This document shows positions 26,056-40,492 of a DNA stretch of 64,000 nt, in pieces (the stretch's first letter is position 1; every line of letters starts with the position of its first letter). Made by a program: the position numbers and the translations under genes. Source of the stretch: Fimbriosthenelais zetlandica (taxonomy: Eukaryota); the NCBI GenBank assembly GCA_977030845.1, contig OZ365111.1:40920001-40984000 (forward strand), in the 5' to 3' direction. The notes under the pieces were generated by a model. It was not told where the DNA came from. It saw only the letters and a list, made by a program, of their open reading frames with translations, and searched no databases.

Positions 26056-29000
26056 GGGAAGATAGTGATGATCTCCCCATCCTTCTCCTTCACTGATTAG
26101 CCCAACAGTACAAGCTCTAGCCATCTCAAGCGGAATAAATGAATGTCACAATGATAAACATCAATAACTGGCGGTGGAGATTGAAAACACAAGAGGATGA
26201 TGGATCTCCAGGGGAGGTCTGTATTCACCAACTTCCCTTGTTGAACCACCCCAGACAAAAGAAAACAAGGTAAATTAGACTTCACTACAAGCCTCAAAAC
26301 CGCCGACTTGGCAAATATGCTTCAGAAAAGCGCCATTACAATTAGCCATTACCATCATTTAGGTCCAGTCGATGGGGATGTCTTCCTAGATTGATAAGGC
26401 ATTAGGCCAAAAGGGTCAGACAATGGAAAGATTATGGCGTAAAAGTATAATTTTATAATTGCGCTTGGCAATATAGGGTTGTAGGATTGGTCGGTGAAGA
26501 TGAAAGCAAGTGTGGGTATATAGGAGGCGGGAGTGGGTGGATACAGGTATGGGCGTAGCTGAAATATACTTGTGGACTTTGAAGGGAACTTAATAGCACT
26601 GCAGGAATGGCGAGTGGCCATGGGAAAGTCCTTGAAATGAAGCTTCACAGTGCTAAAATAAGAATATCGATGCATTCCAATGAGGGAAGACCTGGCTGCA
26701 GAGGCAATTGAAAGAACAGGATCTGCGCAGCACTTTCGAGATGTGTAATGAAAAATCTAATTGGAAATGATCAAAGTCTAATTTCGTCAATATAGCCCGA
26801 GGGCGGCTGTTGATGTAGATGCTGTACATGAATCGGTGCATCGATCTTAATTTCCAATTCTAACGTTGACATTTCCAAGCAAGTATCACGCAGAACGTTA
26901 CTTTCTATTTCTTTTATTCTCACGAACAGAGAAGAACAGTTATATTGAAAAATAGATGGGAAAATGACTCTCAGGTGAAATAATACAATATGAGATCATT
27001 AACCGGAGAAGGCAAGGCTTTTGTGTTTGAACTCAAAAGTAATTCAGTCATCCAACACCTTCACCCTTTTCAAAAGATCCAGAAATCGCAAATCGCGTTT
27101 GGGACTGAATACCGAAATTTTGCCATCGTCTCCATTCTTTGTTACGCATTCAGTTGTGGGGATTTATGTACAGTGTGAGCTAACCTTATCCCATTCACGA
27201 CCTAATATACTCGGCTAGATATCCCGGGGAATCCCTTTGATGTTTGCTCTGGGTTTCAGGTGTTACATTCAAATGACAGCGAGCAGCGTAACAAGAGGTC
27301 AGGCTAAGTAGGTCCGGGAATTGCGGAGACTCTTGAGCAACGAGACTTGAATAATCGGCTGGGAGGTCCTTGTATAACAATAGGCATTTGACCACAGAGG
27401 GACAGAGATGAGATAGGGATGGGACAGACAGACAGGGGGCCCACCGTGAAGAAGGCCCCTTGCTTGGTTAATACAGAACCTATACACTAAATATATATGG
27501 TCTTGAAAGTAGTTGCAAAGGATGGACGCTGGGGGCGGTGTCAGCATTGTGTGAGTGGGTTATTGGGATCAAAATGACAGAGGTTCATCCCCTGGGGGAA
27601 GGGTGCATGGAGATGGGACTAAAAGCATGTGGGTAAAGGTGAGCGTGAATTGGGGGAGGTGGGGTGTGGTTTAATAGAAGGTTGGGTGGAGTTGTCCATC
27701 TGAGGGATATAATATAGCCTGTGGTCATAGGATGTATGGCTGGACTGGTGGCAGGTCGATGAATACTCATCAGCCTTCTCACATTCACACGCCCAAGGCA
27801 ATTAGTCACACAATTAGCCACAACAAAGACCCACGACTAGTGGACCCCCCTTAGGCTTCTATACATTATATTACCACCCCGCCCCCTTGCAACTCACCCG
27901 CCTATACATGCACCACCCCCCAACAAACCCTTTTTACTCAACCCATCCTCTCCAAGCCTGAGTGTCCCTCCTCTTTTGTCACCTTGTCCATCTCCAAAGA
28001 CGACCCACTCTTCTGTGTGGTCCACTGGTTTGAGCCACTTCTTCCCCTCCCAAAGGAGTCTTCTACTGGTCGGATGTTTTCATACAAACTTATGAATTAA
28101 CACCCTGCTTCATTTAGCCATTGCCCACCTCTCTACCTTTGTTGGTAGTTTGCTGAGATGACTGTCATATTTTCCTGGTCTGTGAGTGGGAAGAAAAGAA
28201 GAGAGGGTACTGACAATTTGAATCTAACAGGTTTCAGTCTGGTTAGTGTCAGGAGAAGGAAGTGAAATCTTTCGCTCTGCTGCCTCCAGCTTTGTAATTA
28301 AACATAAGAAAAGCCTCATTAAACGGACTGGCATACCCATTAGAATCAGTCAGAGCCCGTATGCCAAGCGCAGCCACATTTGAATTTCCTATTTTTCCTT
28401 AGATTATTTCCCGCTAAAACCTTCTTCCAATAAGGAAGATGAAAGGAATATGCAATGTCATCATTGAAGCAGATATTGGAAGTCGGGAGGTAGAACTTGT
28501 TTCGCAGTATTTTACAAAAGGCAGAGGACATCAGAGACAAGACAAAGCATAATTACTTCATCAAAGATAGGACAATATGAAGCAAATCCAATATAACACC
28601 AAATTTTGTAATATTTGAAATTATAATCATATCCTTTCAAAATGAAAGTATGGCCTTACACAAAATGAACTCATACCAAACATAAGAAATATCCAATAGC
28701 TACGGAATTTTTTGACAAATCTTTGAAATTAACAAACTCATTTCAATTTTCATAAATAATACGTCATCCTGGAAAATATTCAATATAATTTCATATCTCG
28801 ATTTAGATTAGGATGTATTGCAGTATGTATTGTAAATATGAAAGTATAATATCAATAGCAAATATTCACAGTTCAAAAGGAAGGCCCCAGAAGGCCAGCA
28901 CTGTCTTTTCGGGAAGTGGAGGTAGGGGGAACAGGGGCGCTATCTACTGGCAAGCACTGGCACTAATGACACCACACCTGCCCAACCCCTGGTGTTAAAG

Positions 29001-30311
29001 GGGTGAAACAATCATATCATCATGTCACCCAAATGTTTCTTTTCTGACAGGTATACTATTTTATGAATTTGAAATATTTCTGAAGTGTTGCAACCTAAAA
29101 TTGACAAAAGGTTTATCAGGCATTGGACCTAAAGTGGAAATTGACAATTTCTATTTATAACCGTACCAAAAAATAGAACGTATTGAAACATGAATGTTTG
29201 AAGAATGATTTTGTCTCACAGATGTAAGAAATTTGATCTTTCAGTGACATTTCGATAGGTAAGGTTAGACAAAAATTATTATTCAGAAGAACACAAGTTA
29301 TTACTGAAATACCCAGTCTAGGTATAGACTTTTCCCTTCACAAATCTAAGTTTAGAATTAAGTAATCCAGCTCTCACCAGACAAATAATAATAATAAAAA
29401 AATCTTTTTATTCCAGGTGCTCAGAGGTAGCCCGAGTCATTTGCCGCGTTCAAAAGGAAGATTTTAAAATTTAAAAAGGCAGAGTTATTTTGGCGGCAGT
29501 AAGAGGAGCTATAAACGGATCTCAGAGCTGTATCCGGGAGCATAACTCATTGCAGGAGCAATCAAAAGAAGACATCACCAAGTACTACCTTTCTGGCTTG
29601 GGGAACCGCTCCTAAATCCATCTACAGTGAGAGCCTATATAAACAGAGAGAGGGGGGAATCAACTCTTCTCGAGTACCCACCACTAGGTCATGAATGAAG
29701 GGGTAATTGGTTTAGGGATCCAACTCGTCTTCATTACTCTAGCCCCAAGAAAGACATAAGTCGCCGGGTGACGGCGAGCATCTCCTATAGCGAGTAGCTC
29801 TCAGCGCGCGAGCTAGTTGATGGCCTTGTCATTGGTTCCATGGTCAAGTACCAGAGAGAGAGAGAAGTTCAAAAAAAATCCCTCCGAGCAACAACTGGGA
29901 TGCGAGCAAGAGTGGTGGAAATGGCATTCAGGGAAATGAGGCATATATATAACTATGGGGCATTCTGTGACATGGGTGGGTAGTAATGGAGTGGTGGTAG
30001 GCTCCGTGCTAATGTGCAATCACAGAGGTGCCATGTAGTCATTAACGACTGGGAGATGGCCACTTTGTGCCGGTATGTAATCAAAAAAAGGCCGGTCACA
30101 TTCCTTAGATGATAGGATGAGATGGAAATTAAACACCGGCTCGATGATATGAGGGTTTATTGAGGTTATTCTTATTGTTTCCTTCATTGCGTCAAAGCAT
30201 GGAAGTGAACCATTAAAAGGTGAGTTAATGGCTTCTCTGTTACATGTACCCTGCTTAATGAAATAGTATGTGAATGCATGTTATATGATCCTCCCTGTAT
30301 ATTCTTTTTAC

Positions 30312-30438
30312 GAATTTAAGCCTAATTTAAGCTGAATTTAAGCCTAATTTAAGCTGAATTTAAGCCTAATTTAAACTGAATTTAAGCTAAATTTAAGCCT
30401 AATTTAAGCTGAATCTAAGTTGAATCTAAGCCTAATTT
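30312..30438. repeat. 11-bp minisatellite with 22-bp higher-order dimer (AATTTAAGCCT / AATTTAAGCTG)
   Basis: About 11 monomers, mostly alternating CCT and CTG variants, decaying to the right. Confidence 0.93.
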
Positions 30439-31135
30439 GAGAATTAACCCTAACCATTTTTATATGAGACAACGCAGGGTTCTTTGGGAGAAAAGCAACA
30501 TCTCAGAAAAGTACCTGCATGGGAATCAATCATACATATCTGGCCCATATATACCTGAAAACAATACACGGTTTCTTCTCTTCCATAGGCCTAACCTAGC
30601 AATCTCCATAATTAGGTTCACAAAGGAAACTTAATTAAAAACAAAAAAGGATTCCATAATAAAGCCAAAGCAATACATCTCCCAACGTCAGAATGAAGCA
30701 TAACTCGGGCTGTTTTATCGCTCCATTGAGGAGTTTACACCGGCCACAAATGTGACGGTTTCTCACCGGCCTCAGACTCTAGATACGCCATAAATCGTGA
30801 GCGATATCCCAGCAATATTTCCATGGGTGGCTAATTGATATGGTGAGCGGTACCTTCAGGGGCTCTCCTGTGCATAAGCGCCATGGCGGCCCATGCCGTC
30901 ATAAATACCATAATACAAGTCATGCCATGCAGCACGCATGGGCCTATAATATCACAAGAAGCGCAAGAAATACCAGAAGTAAACTCTCCAGATTTTAAAG
31001 GATGTTCCAGTTTCTGATATCCAACTCCTTTTTTACAGAACTAAATAGGTGCTATATAATTATACGGTTCTGTAATTCATATTTGCAGTGCATTTTTGGA
31101 ATGATATTTTTTGATTAAGGAAAGCGGGGTTAATA

Positions 31136-31305
31136 AGCACCACTGCAGTAAAAATGTGTAATATTTTATTCCTAACATATCAGTTGTTATTTTAACAAGT
31201 CAATAACGAAACTATATGCTTTATTATTGACCTGTTAAAATAACCACAGACTAACTGCTGATGTGTTAGGAATAAAATTTTACACATTTTAACAGCAGTG
31301 GTGCC
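31136..31305. mobile_element. ~170-bp fold-back MITE, TA-flanked
   Basis: Arms (A/G)GCACCACTGC.GT.AAAATGTGTAA.ATTTTATTCCTAACA.ATCAG...GTTATTTTAACA.GTCAATAA pair along almost the whole length, with one ~10-nt indel; TA at 31134-31135 and 31306-31307. Confidence 0.82.
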
Positions 31306-31922
31306 TATAACCCACTGGTGCTTATTACCCTACATGTCGAAAATTACTTTTCAGACAATATTGGAAGAAGCTATAATGAAAATATTATCAATGGAACTCA
31401 AACCTAGTGAACCTCAAGGTTATAGGATGGACGTTTCGTGCTTTTTCAAGACTCGTGTACAAAAGCGACTCTTTGATGTCTACTTTCATAATGGACACGG
31501 ATCGATCGAGGCCAACCATAGTAAGGACATATCCCTCTATCAATGCATACATGTGCTCCCAAACAAAGCCAGCCCTGTAGTAACATATGTGTGTATACAT
31601 CAAACCTCTATCACACTAAGGCTTATGTGCTTAATCGTAAACCGACACTTAAGTTCTGTACTCATCGACATACAACCTTCCTTCAGTCACGACTCAGGCT
31701 TTCGCTATGCTTGATCTTGCAGAGGGGAAAAGTGAAAACCGAAACTCAAAGAAACAAGGCATAACCGGAGAGAAATATGTAGATATAGGCGAACTAACAA
31801 AGGAACAGATATAGGCAGTCTAAAATGTATTTGAATATGCCAAGGAAATATATTAATTTTATCACTACAATCTCCTTTATCACTACAATCCCTACAAGGA
31901 CCTGATGCAACACTGTCCCTAA

Positions 31923-32120
31923 AGCTGGGACTCCACTGCTGCGATTTTGCTTGCGACACAACTGCGACAAAGGTGTTGTTTGTGTCCAAATTAAAAATGC
32001 AGAAGTGAAGAACGGCCTTTAGGCCTAGGACACTTCGACCACATTTTACAACTTTTATTGTGACACAAGCGTCACCTCGGTGAAGTATCGCAAGCAAAAT
32101 CGCAGCAGTGGAAGACAGGC
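31923..32120. mobile_element. ~200-bp palindromic MITE, family A copy 1
   Basis: Perfect 24-bp inverted repeat CCACTGCTGCGATTTTGCTTGCGA near both ends; flanks CTAA / TTAA; second copy at 47706-47901. Confidence 0.85.
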
Positions 32121-32516
32121 TTAACTGATTTATATGGCTAGGTTTAAATAGGAATATAGCAGTCACTTGATACCTTAAATACCACGAGACTCTATATGAG
32201 AATCAATAGCTCAAGTGCTGAATAAACATTGGATACCTCTTCCTATACCATGTATGAAGTATGGAGCCAATCACCATACAGAGGTATACTGATAAGGAGT
32301 AGATAGGATCATCGAGCTCTGATGAGATCCAGATATTGCTTCCGTCAACGGCAAATAATGTATTATTTTTCACAGGCGCTCGTGAGAGAAAACCTACATC
32401 ACGGTTGGCCATGATCAGAGAGGCACTTTTTGTTTTCCCACCCACCCATTCACATATATCAGCATATCTGGCCAGTACCAGTTTTTTTCTCTGATAGTCC
32501 TTATTGTAATAACTGA

Positions 32517-32720
32517 GGGAGAGTGAGGGAGAGAGAGGAGAGAGAAGAGAGAGAGTGAGAGAAGAGAGAGTGAGAGGGAAAAAGAGAGAGAGAGAGAGAG
32601 AGAAAGATAGTGAGAGGGAGAGAGTGAGAGTGAGAGAGAGGGAGAGATAGAGAGAGAGGGAGACACACATAGAATGAGAATGAGAGAGAATGAGAAAAAA
32701 GAGAGACAGATAGAGAGAGA
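32517..32720. repeat. (GA)n-rich low-complexity tract
   Basis: Direct inspection. Confidence 0.9.
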
Positions 32721-35700
32721 GGCCACCGAGGGAACTGGTCTAATAATGGACCATACCGATACACGGGAGGCTCCAAAAGGGAGACAGTCTCAGCTAGTTG
32801 TGAGGCTCAGAGCAATTTCTCTGTGAAATCAGATTAATAAGCAGGAGGGACATTGGTTTAGAAGAAGTGGACGGGTCTGATTACCTTGGCCACAACATGC
32901 CTGCCTATAGAGTGGCTGGAGACTCGCTTGAGTTGTTCAGACCTGACCGACCTGGGAATCTGCTTACTCCAGTCCAGTCCCCACCGTATCTAATCAATTC
33001 CCCTTTGTTGAGGACTCGATAGTCGCTTAGGTCTTAAAGGAACTCATGTTTACAATTTGCTTCTCAGAGAGTATTTTTTTATGCAATAGGTAATGACGTT
33101 AAGATAGAGGGGTAAGCGTCTAAGGCATTCATAGACTGCAACCCCAGGTGGTTACTGCTATCAGAGTGATTGAATAGTGCAGAGGATGCAGCACTGAATC
33201 TGGAATCCTTCACACAAAACTGCTATTTCATCATGGGGGAGTACGATGAATGTGAGCGCCAGCAAAACATGAACATTTCCATAGACTACTTATATCATTG
33301 CCTTGCAATGAGCAGACTTTCATTATGCTACTTACTCTGGCCAAATCACAATCTAACAGTAGTGCCATGACCATTGACGGATGGGATTATTGATAGATGT
33401 AGATATTCTTCCAAATAAAGATGCCGCTCGGTATGGAAAGTTAATACATGTAGGCAGGCTATGTGTAAGTAGTATATTGAAAACAGCAGTTAGTAGTATA
33501 CGAAAATGGGACGAAAATCCAGGCAGCAAAAGTAGTTAGTAGTATATAAATGGGAATCATATCCGGGTTTGGTACATTCAAATTAAGCACAGAAATCTAC
33601 AGAAAATTTGAAAGATGCACTGGTATGGATCATCTGGGAATAAGGCTACAAACTCTATTGTATCGATGAACATTCATACAGTGGTAACAGCGTCATAAAA
33701 AGACTTTCGCTGATGATCAGCCATGGATAGCGAGTGATTACATATCCTCACCCAAGATAAAACCAGATTTATTGACGACTCACATGAAATATAGCCTGAC
33801 AATCCATTAGAACACCCCCAAACAACAATGCCCGACGGGCGGCCACAAAGGCTTTTCAATTATTTAACTCAAAAAACAGTTTTATAACCCATTAAAAGTA
33901 TGTCCTGTAGTAAAATCTGAACCCAAGTCTAGTCAGAAGGATGGCTTTCTTGGGGTGACTCGAGTTCCAAAGATAGGGAACCTTGAAAGGGCTTTAGGAA
34001 CTGAAGACAAGGCATTTAGGCGTTATGTCCCTGTTATATTCACTTTGGATTTCGTTGGTTGATGGTATGGGAGCGGGGAACAATGGAAGTGGCTCGTAAC
34101 AGGTATGAGGGGCATGATTTATATGGATTTGTCATGGCATGGCCAATCATGGGAGAAAACTGACGATATACAATATTCACAACACATCCTGTTATCCTTC
34201 ATAAAACACAAAATCTACTCTAAGACACAAAACAATTCTGGCAAGATTAATTTGTGAAACATTGTAAAAAATAGTTGTTCTTTAAATGGAATTAATTATT
34301 GATAATTATTTTATTTTAAAAGAATTTCTTGCAATGCATGGGGAAATATGGCAGAAACCCCAGACATATTTCTAAGGATGGATTCATGGATGAGTTTACA
34401 TTGAAATATTATAGGTCATACATGAAGCTCTAAACTAGCTCAGACACATCATAAAAAGTGTAATGGTTGTAGACTGAGACTATATAGAATCTACACCGTT
34501 AAAGGCCATGCAGGATCCATTATAGAAAACAATCCATTTTCTTAAGTGTCAATCTTTAAAAGGCGATGCTTGGCTCATGCCACGACCCGGCTACGGCAGA
34601 AAACTGGGTACCAAATTAGTGTCTAGAATGAGACACATTATTTAGTGGAACCTGCCCTCATTGCAGAGCTCCAGCCTCAGGGGGCAGATCTGAGGAGGTA
34701 CCCAAGGGAAACCTCATCCCATTACACAACTGTGAGTAATGCTAACTAATTTGATAAGCGCCTGGCCACGTAGCTAAAGTAAGTGGATTAGATAATTGCC
34801 CAGTCCTTTCTCAGGGTCAAATAAGTTATAGAAATTGATCTAGACTGGTTTGATATGGGGGCCTTAATTGTAGACTTCAAATTTTCAAGGGAATTCCCAA
34901 GAGGAGGCTTCAAACGCCGCAGGGCTTTTTTCATAAGCAATTTCAAATTTCCTGCAATGGGTTTTTTTTAAATATACTACCGGGTACAGAAACCTCAGTA
35001 TCATTTAACGCCCCATGAAAATGTATCAGACAATGTTCAACTCTCACATTGGAAATGAATGGGGGTCGTATGGCACAGCTATACTAAAATCACCCAGGCA
35101 CATGTACCCTATTATTATAGAAACCATGATCTCTTATGGGAATATTTATCCCATAAATATAAATGACTAGTGGCCATCAACTAACCACTGTATAAAGGTA
35201 CAAAGGTTTATAACTGTTACAAATAGGTTTGCGTCAGGGAGACCACTTGGATACATTCCAGGCCAAGCTAAAATCTCATCATCGGTGATGGGATAATCGA
35301 TATCACCACACTATGAGGTGGTATATATATATAACATCACGTCATATAGCTACATACAGGGACATAACTGATAAAGTGCTTCTTCTGCAATATTTAAAAG
35401 TATAGGTTTTTGTATTTTAACGAATTTCTACTTTTCATTTCACTATTTCTATTAGGTTTGATTTCCAAAATTATAAAGTTGAAATTCTATAATATAAGTC
35501 TAGAATTGAAGTCCTTTTTTGTATGTTTCTCACTTGTTTGTCACTACTTATATGTACTTATATATTTTTTCGTTGCTTGAACTGTTCTATATGACATAAG
35601 ATATCTAAACGTAAAGCTCTAGAATGCACTGTATTTAAAGGGGCCATGCCAAGTTGTATCTGAGTTTAAATAAAACTGAATAAAAAAAAACATGATTGCT

Positions 35701-37279
35701 TAGGTAGGAAGTTTGAAGATGTTTTCTTAATTTAGTATATATACATGTATCCGTTTTTATTTAATCCCCGTAATAATGCGATTCCTACCGGGTATTAAAC
35801 AGAATTTAAAAATTACTTTAAGTTAATTTTAATTGGACTAATGCCAATTTCGAGAATACATAGAAATCCATGGACTAATTAACCCTGGGCAATCGGGGCG
35901 TGTGATGGGCACATCCGCCTTATGTTGCCATGGTGACTTAAGCAATGATTGTTCCATCTTCAAAGCTTGAGATAATTGAAGAGAGAAGCAAAGAGTGAAT
36001 AGCAGATCACAGGTCAGCGAGCCTTTAGAGAACATGTTTAATCTAATATTGACCCATATTATAGTCCGAGGTGGGTAGGTAGGTCTATATATTACACTCA
36101 CTGACAAGCAATTTATAACTGGCAGAGTGAAAATTCAAGAGGTCAAAGCATATAACAAAGCTTTCTTTCAAGGTATAAATTGGGCAATATTTCCCTGTCC
36201 ATTTTCTACGCCGCTTGAAAAGGTTGAGGCCCTGAAAATAGGCGCAAACCTGCTATATACCAGCCCAATAGATTTATTGCGCGGGCGGGTGGGCTCTCAA
36301 TAGAAATAACATCTACAGCCATATGACATTCAGTCCATGACTGACCCCTACACTTATTTTCAAATTGCAATGCAATATAGATCCCGGATAAGTGAAGGCT
36401 TGGGAGGGAGGAGGATCTGCATTCAGTGATAATCCATCAATATTTGACGGGCGAATGGAAGGCCTTTTGTATTGCAAAGCATCTCATAGGCAATATCCGT
36501 CTATATGGCACCTATAGTCCTCCACTGCCTGCGGTAACCCACTCACATACACCTCCTTTGGTATTTTTTCTCTCTTCACCAGCGGTTCCCCTCAAAGGTC
36601 AATGATGTTGGGGGGGGGGGGGGGGGGAAGTCCTTGCCATAAACGTCAGCGCTGAATGGTGACAAGGCTGATGGAATTTGATAATAAGATGCCAAGATAG
36701 AGCCAGTGCAAAAATTGGCTATACTTTATACCTGTGCTAAATAAAGACATAGAGGCTATACTATAGGTTGTGATTTTGAGGGGAGGGTATACTGCATTCT
36801 CATCTCCTTTCCATTCTTCGGGAGTAGAGGGTATTTATTATCCCTTTATTATCTCTTTCGGGTATGAATTATAAGGGAGAATCAGGGCATACACTGTGTA
36901 TATCATCTACGGCTCAAGGCTCCAGTTTAAAATCGGGGCATATAATATATAAGCCTCTGAAACAAGGCGAAGATGAGCAAGTCCATAAAAGACTGAACAT
37001 TGGATGAAAACCGAAGGGTTGGCGGCAGGGGATCAGTGGGACAGTGTTGTATTTATTAATGCATGCATAAACAATGGAGCGTGTGAGTTGGGGTTAATTG
37101 TCAGTGGTGAATGGTTATTACTGGTCTTGTATAGAGGGGGACGGCAGATGCAGACAGTTAACCTCGAGGACCCGGCTTGTCAAGTGGTCTCTTATCGATC
37201 TATTACCCTGATCAAACATCCAATCTGCCTCTGTCTACAGCCAGCTTTCATCCAACCATCCCTCAGCTACCTGTCTAGA

Positions 37280-37842
37280 TAGGGAGAGAATGGGGGGGGG
37301 GGGTGAGTGCGAAAAGGGAGGAGACAGGGAGCGGCTTGGAAAGGGAGAGGGAGGAAGAGAGATGAGAGCGAGCGGCTGGGAAAGGGAGAGGGAACAAGAG
37401 AGAGCTAGGACAAAGGGCGGTTGGGAAAGGGAAAGGGAGCAAGAGAGAGAATAAGGAGGGGCTGGGAAAGGGAGAGGGAGCAAGAGAGAAGACAAAGGGC
37501 GGCTGGGAAAGGGAGAGGGAGCAAGAGAGAAGACAAAGGGCGGCTGGGAAAGGGAGAGGGAGCAAGAGAGAGGACAGAGAGCGGGTGGGAAAGGGAGAGA
37601 GCAAGAGATAAGGGACACGGGGTAAGGGACACGAGGTAAGGGGGAGAGCAAGTGGAAAAAGAGGGGGAGAAATTAGAATGAAGAGAGTAGGGGAGAAGGG
37701 GAAAGAGGGAGCCAGTGGGGAGAGCGAAGATGGAAGATTGAAGATGGTCAGAGAGACAGCATGGAGACCTAAAAGTAGACAGTGAAAGACAATAGGAGTT
37801 AGAGGCGAGAGGCGAGAGAGAGAGGCGAGAGGCGAGAGAGAG
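37280..37842. repeat. Purine-rich minisatellite (~41-bp unit GGGCGGCTGGGAAAGGGAGAGGGAGCAAGAGAGAAGACAAA) grading into GA-rich repeats
   Basis: About 6-7 recognisable units at 37325-37610; runs into an N gap. Confidence 0.9.
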
Positions 37843-37973
37843 NNNNNNNNNNNNNNNNNNNNNNNNNNNNNNNNNNNNNNNNNNNNNNNNNNNNNNNNNN
37901 NNNNNNNNNNNNNNNNNNNNNNNNNNNNNNNNNNNNNNNNNNNNNNNNNNNNNNNNNNNNNNNNNNNNNNNNN
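37843..37973. other. Assembly gap (131 N)
   Basis: N run adjoining the GA minisatellite. Confidence 0.99.
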
Positions 37974-40416
37974 TCCTTTGCCTCTCAAGTTCCATCTTAG
38001 ACGTGTGGGAAGCATGAGAGGTTGCGGAGGGATTTGCCAATATCCACTCCTGTCTGTATTGAGCCCAGAGAAATCAATGGGTGATGACCAATTTGAGCAC
38101 ATCATTCACCATATAATAGTTCCCCCAGGCTAGAACGGATCAATTTTTAGTCTTAAGACAAACGGCAAAGTTTCTTTGAGTCTGGAATTGGAAAGGCCTT
38201 TTTTTCTAATGGTATTGGGTGTGGGTAGAGTTAGCATAATAAGTGCCAGCTACTTCTTTCTCATCCATCCATTCCCCTGACCTTTCTAGGTAATTCTTTC
38301 CCAACCGGCAAGGTACACGTTCACCCCCTCGAACTAATTTCAAGGAGAGGAGTCGGCTTATTCCCCGTACACCAATATGCCATGTCTTACTTAAGAAAGT
38401 GGCACCTGCAGTCCACAAGAATCGATGGAGGCACGAAGGGAAACAAATGAAAGGCTGATAAGTGCAAGTCATTGCTTAACAAATACCCTGTCTGTTTCAT
38501 ATACCTACATGCCAGGGCTTGTCACATTCACATCGATAGCCTATAGTATAAAGTAGATTGAAGATATCTCATTGTATATTCAGTTATATTCTTTGCAATT
38601 TCAATATATATATATACACTCTTATAAAGCATTACACCTAGGTGTAACGATATCTTTACCCACATCCAATGCCTGATGACAGGGGTGAGGATTCACTACC
38701 CAACTATATCTGCCATTTTTATGCCCCATGAAGAAAGCTAGGTGTGGCGATTATAGAGGCAGAGAGGCCAATTAAAGGATTAATATTAACAGGGCCAACC
38801 ACGCATGACGGCTGCATGCAGCCAGGCGTGACGGAATGGGGGCAGGTGGAAAGCTTAGGGTATAGGGTAATTAAAGGATTATAGTTATATAACCAATGTA
38901 CACCCCCTCCCCTCCCCTCCAACCCCACCCCCTGCTTTATTCTTGAGGATTAATCTTTATTTTGGGCAACATCAATTTCATTCGTCTTAATTCATCATTT
39001 CATCATTTTCTCATCAGTATTTAATGAGACATCTTCCTTGTATTCCTGAGGAGTATGGAGAGTTGTTCTATTCCTGCAAGATAATATTATAGTATACATT
39101 GAGAAGCAGGAGGATGAAAGTCACAGGAAACAAAGAAAGAAACAAAGGCCTATATTGTTGGTGGGCCGCCTTCCTGTCTGACTGGGAGACTGGATTCAAG
39201 CCTATTGTTCTTGTAATCCAGCCTATTGTTCCGGCCCAGTCTCTTAACCCCTGTGAAGTTTATACCTGTAAATCGAAGAGCAAAGTTTATGTTTAATATT
39301 ATTTAGTTGGAATGAAACATTTAAAAAATCACCCTTCTTCTTCAGTAAAAATCACCCTGGGAATCGTCACACCAACGAGAGTAAAATAAGGATTATCTTA
39401 CTCTCGTTGGTATCACCAAGCAGAAAAGTCTGAGGGTGTTATTGGGATATATGTCGGTACATGTACTAACCCTTTTGTCCAAATGGGTCCTATTTCCCTG
39501 TATTTTAGGATTTAGCGGCTATAGCATTCCTTTCTCTTGAATCTGAAACAAATTGCAGAGCATACCACTTTATTGCAATGATAATTACCTTCCCAGTTGC
39601 CGTAGTAAAATCGTATGTTATAAATTCATCGAAATAAAGAAATTCTTTTACCCACCAGAATATCAGAACCAGTTTGAATTACCTCTCAGGCATTAATTGG
39701 TCACTTCAGTCTGAAACAAATATAGAGTATAATATGTAACTACATTTGTTGAAATGAGTGAAAATATCATCCCATCTGATATGTCTATAATTATAAACAT
39801 AGAAGCTTGTAAATGGAATAGGAAATTTTTACCTAGGTGTATGTAGGTCTACTCGGTACTTGTGGTCACTTCGAATGTATGTCTCCAAATGACCAGGACC
39901 AGTCCTTAGTAGAGACGGGTCGGGGGAAGATGATGTAACAGTTTAACGGCTGGGTGAGTCCATTCAAGGGTTGTACTAGCTTGCGGGGGTGGTCAGGTGG
40001 TATATTATTTAAACTATTTTGCGGGAAATCGATTAATAATTTTGTCATTACAAACTAGGGATTAATAATAATAATATAGTTAACCATTTAGTCCTTTATG
40101 TTGACCCCCAACTGGATCTCTTAAGAATATCTCCGATTTTTTTTAGCTACCCAACTCCCACAAACCCCCACGCTGGGCCTAGCCCAATCATGGCGTGGGC
40201 CTATCGTGGGCCTATCACTGAGTGATTAAAAATAATGACAATATTGAAATCGGCAGATTTGATTTAAATCGAACCATGGTGTTTAATCTCTGATTGGGTG
40301 CTATTATGAGCACATATGTATATTATTGTAAATATGTATTAGCCAATTGTGTGGATGATAGTGAATGCCTGAGGGTCGTGGGGTACCTGTATTCATTTTA
40401 ACTATGGAAATGTTAT

Positions 40417-40492
40417 GGAGCGCCAGCTCACAGAGGGTGGTTGACCAATGATCGAATGCTCGGTGGTTCAATCCCCCGAGCTGTCCAAGACA
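40417..40492 (+). mobile_element. Degenerate tRNA-derived SINE head
   Basis: B-box GGTTCAATCCC at 40465-40475 preceded by SINE-head-like sequence; A box decayed. Confidence 0.4.

Noticed and set aside
31298-31714. 138-aa plus ORF with GTG start
   Set aside because: Begins inside a MITE terminus; no recognisable domain, splice support or partner exons.
37235-38105. Long L/S/P-rich ORFs (up to 276 aa); likewise 16403-16873, 32203-32776 and 62353-62858
   Set aside because: Translations of GA/CT repeats and N gaps.
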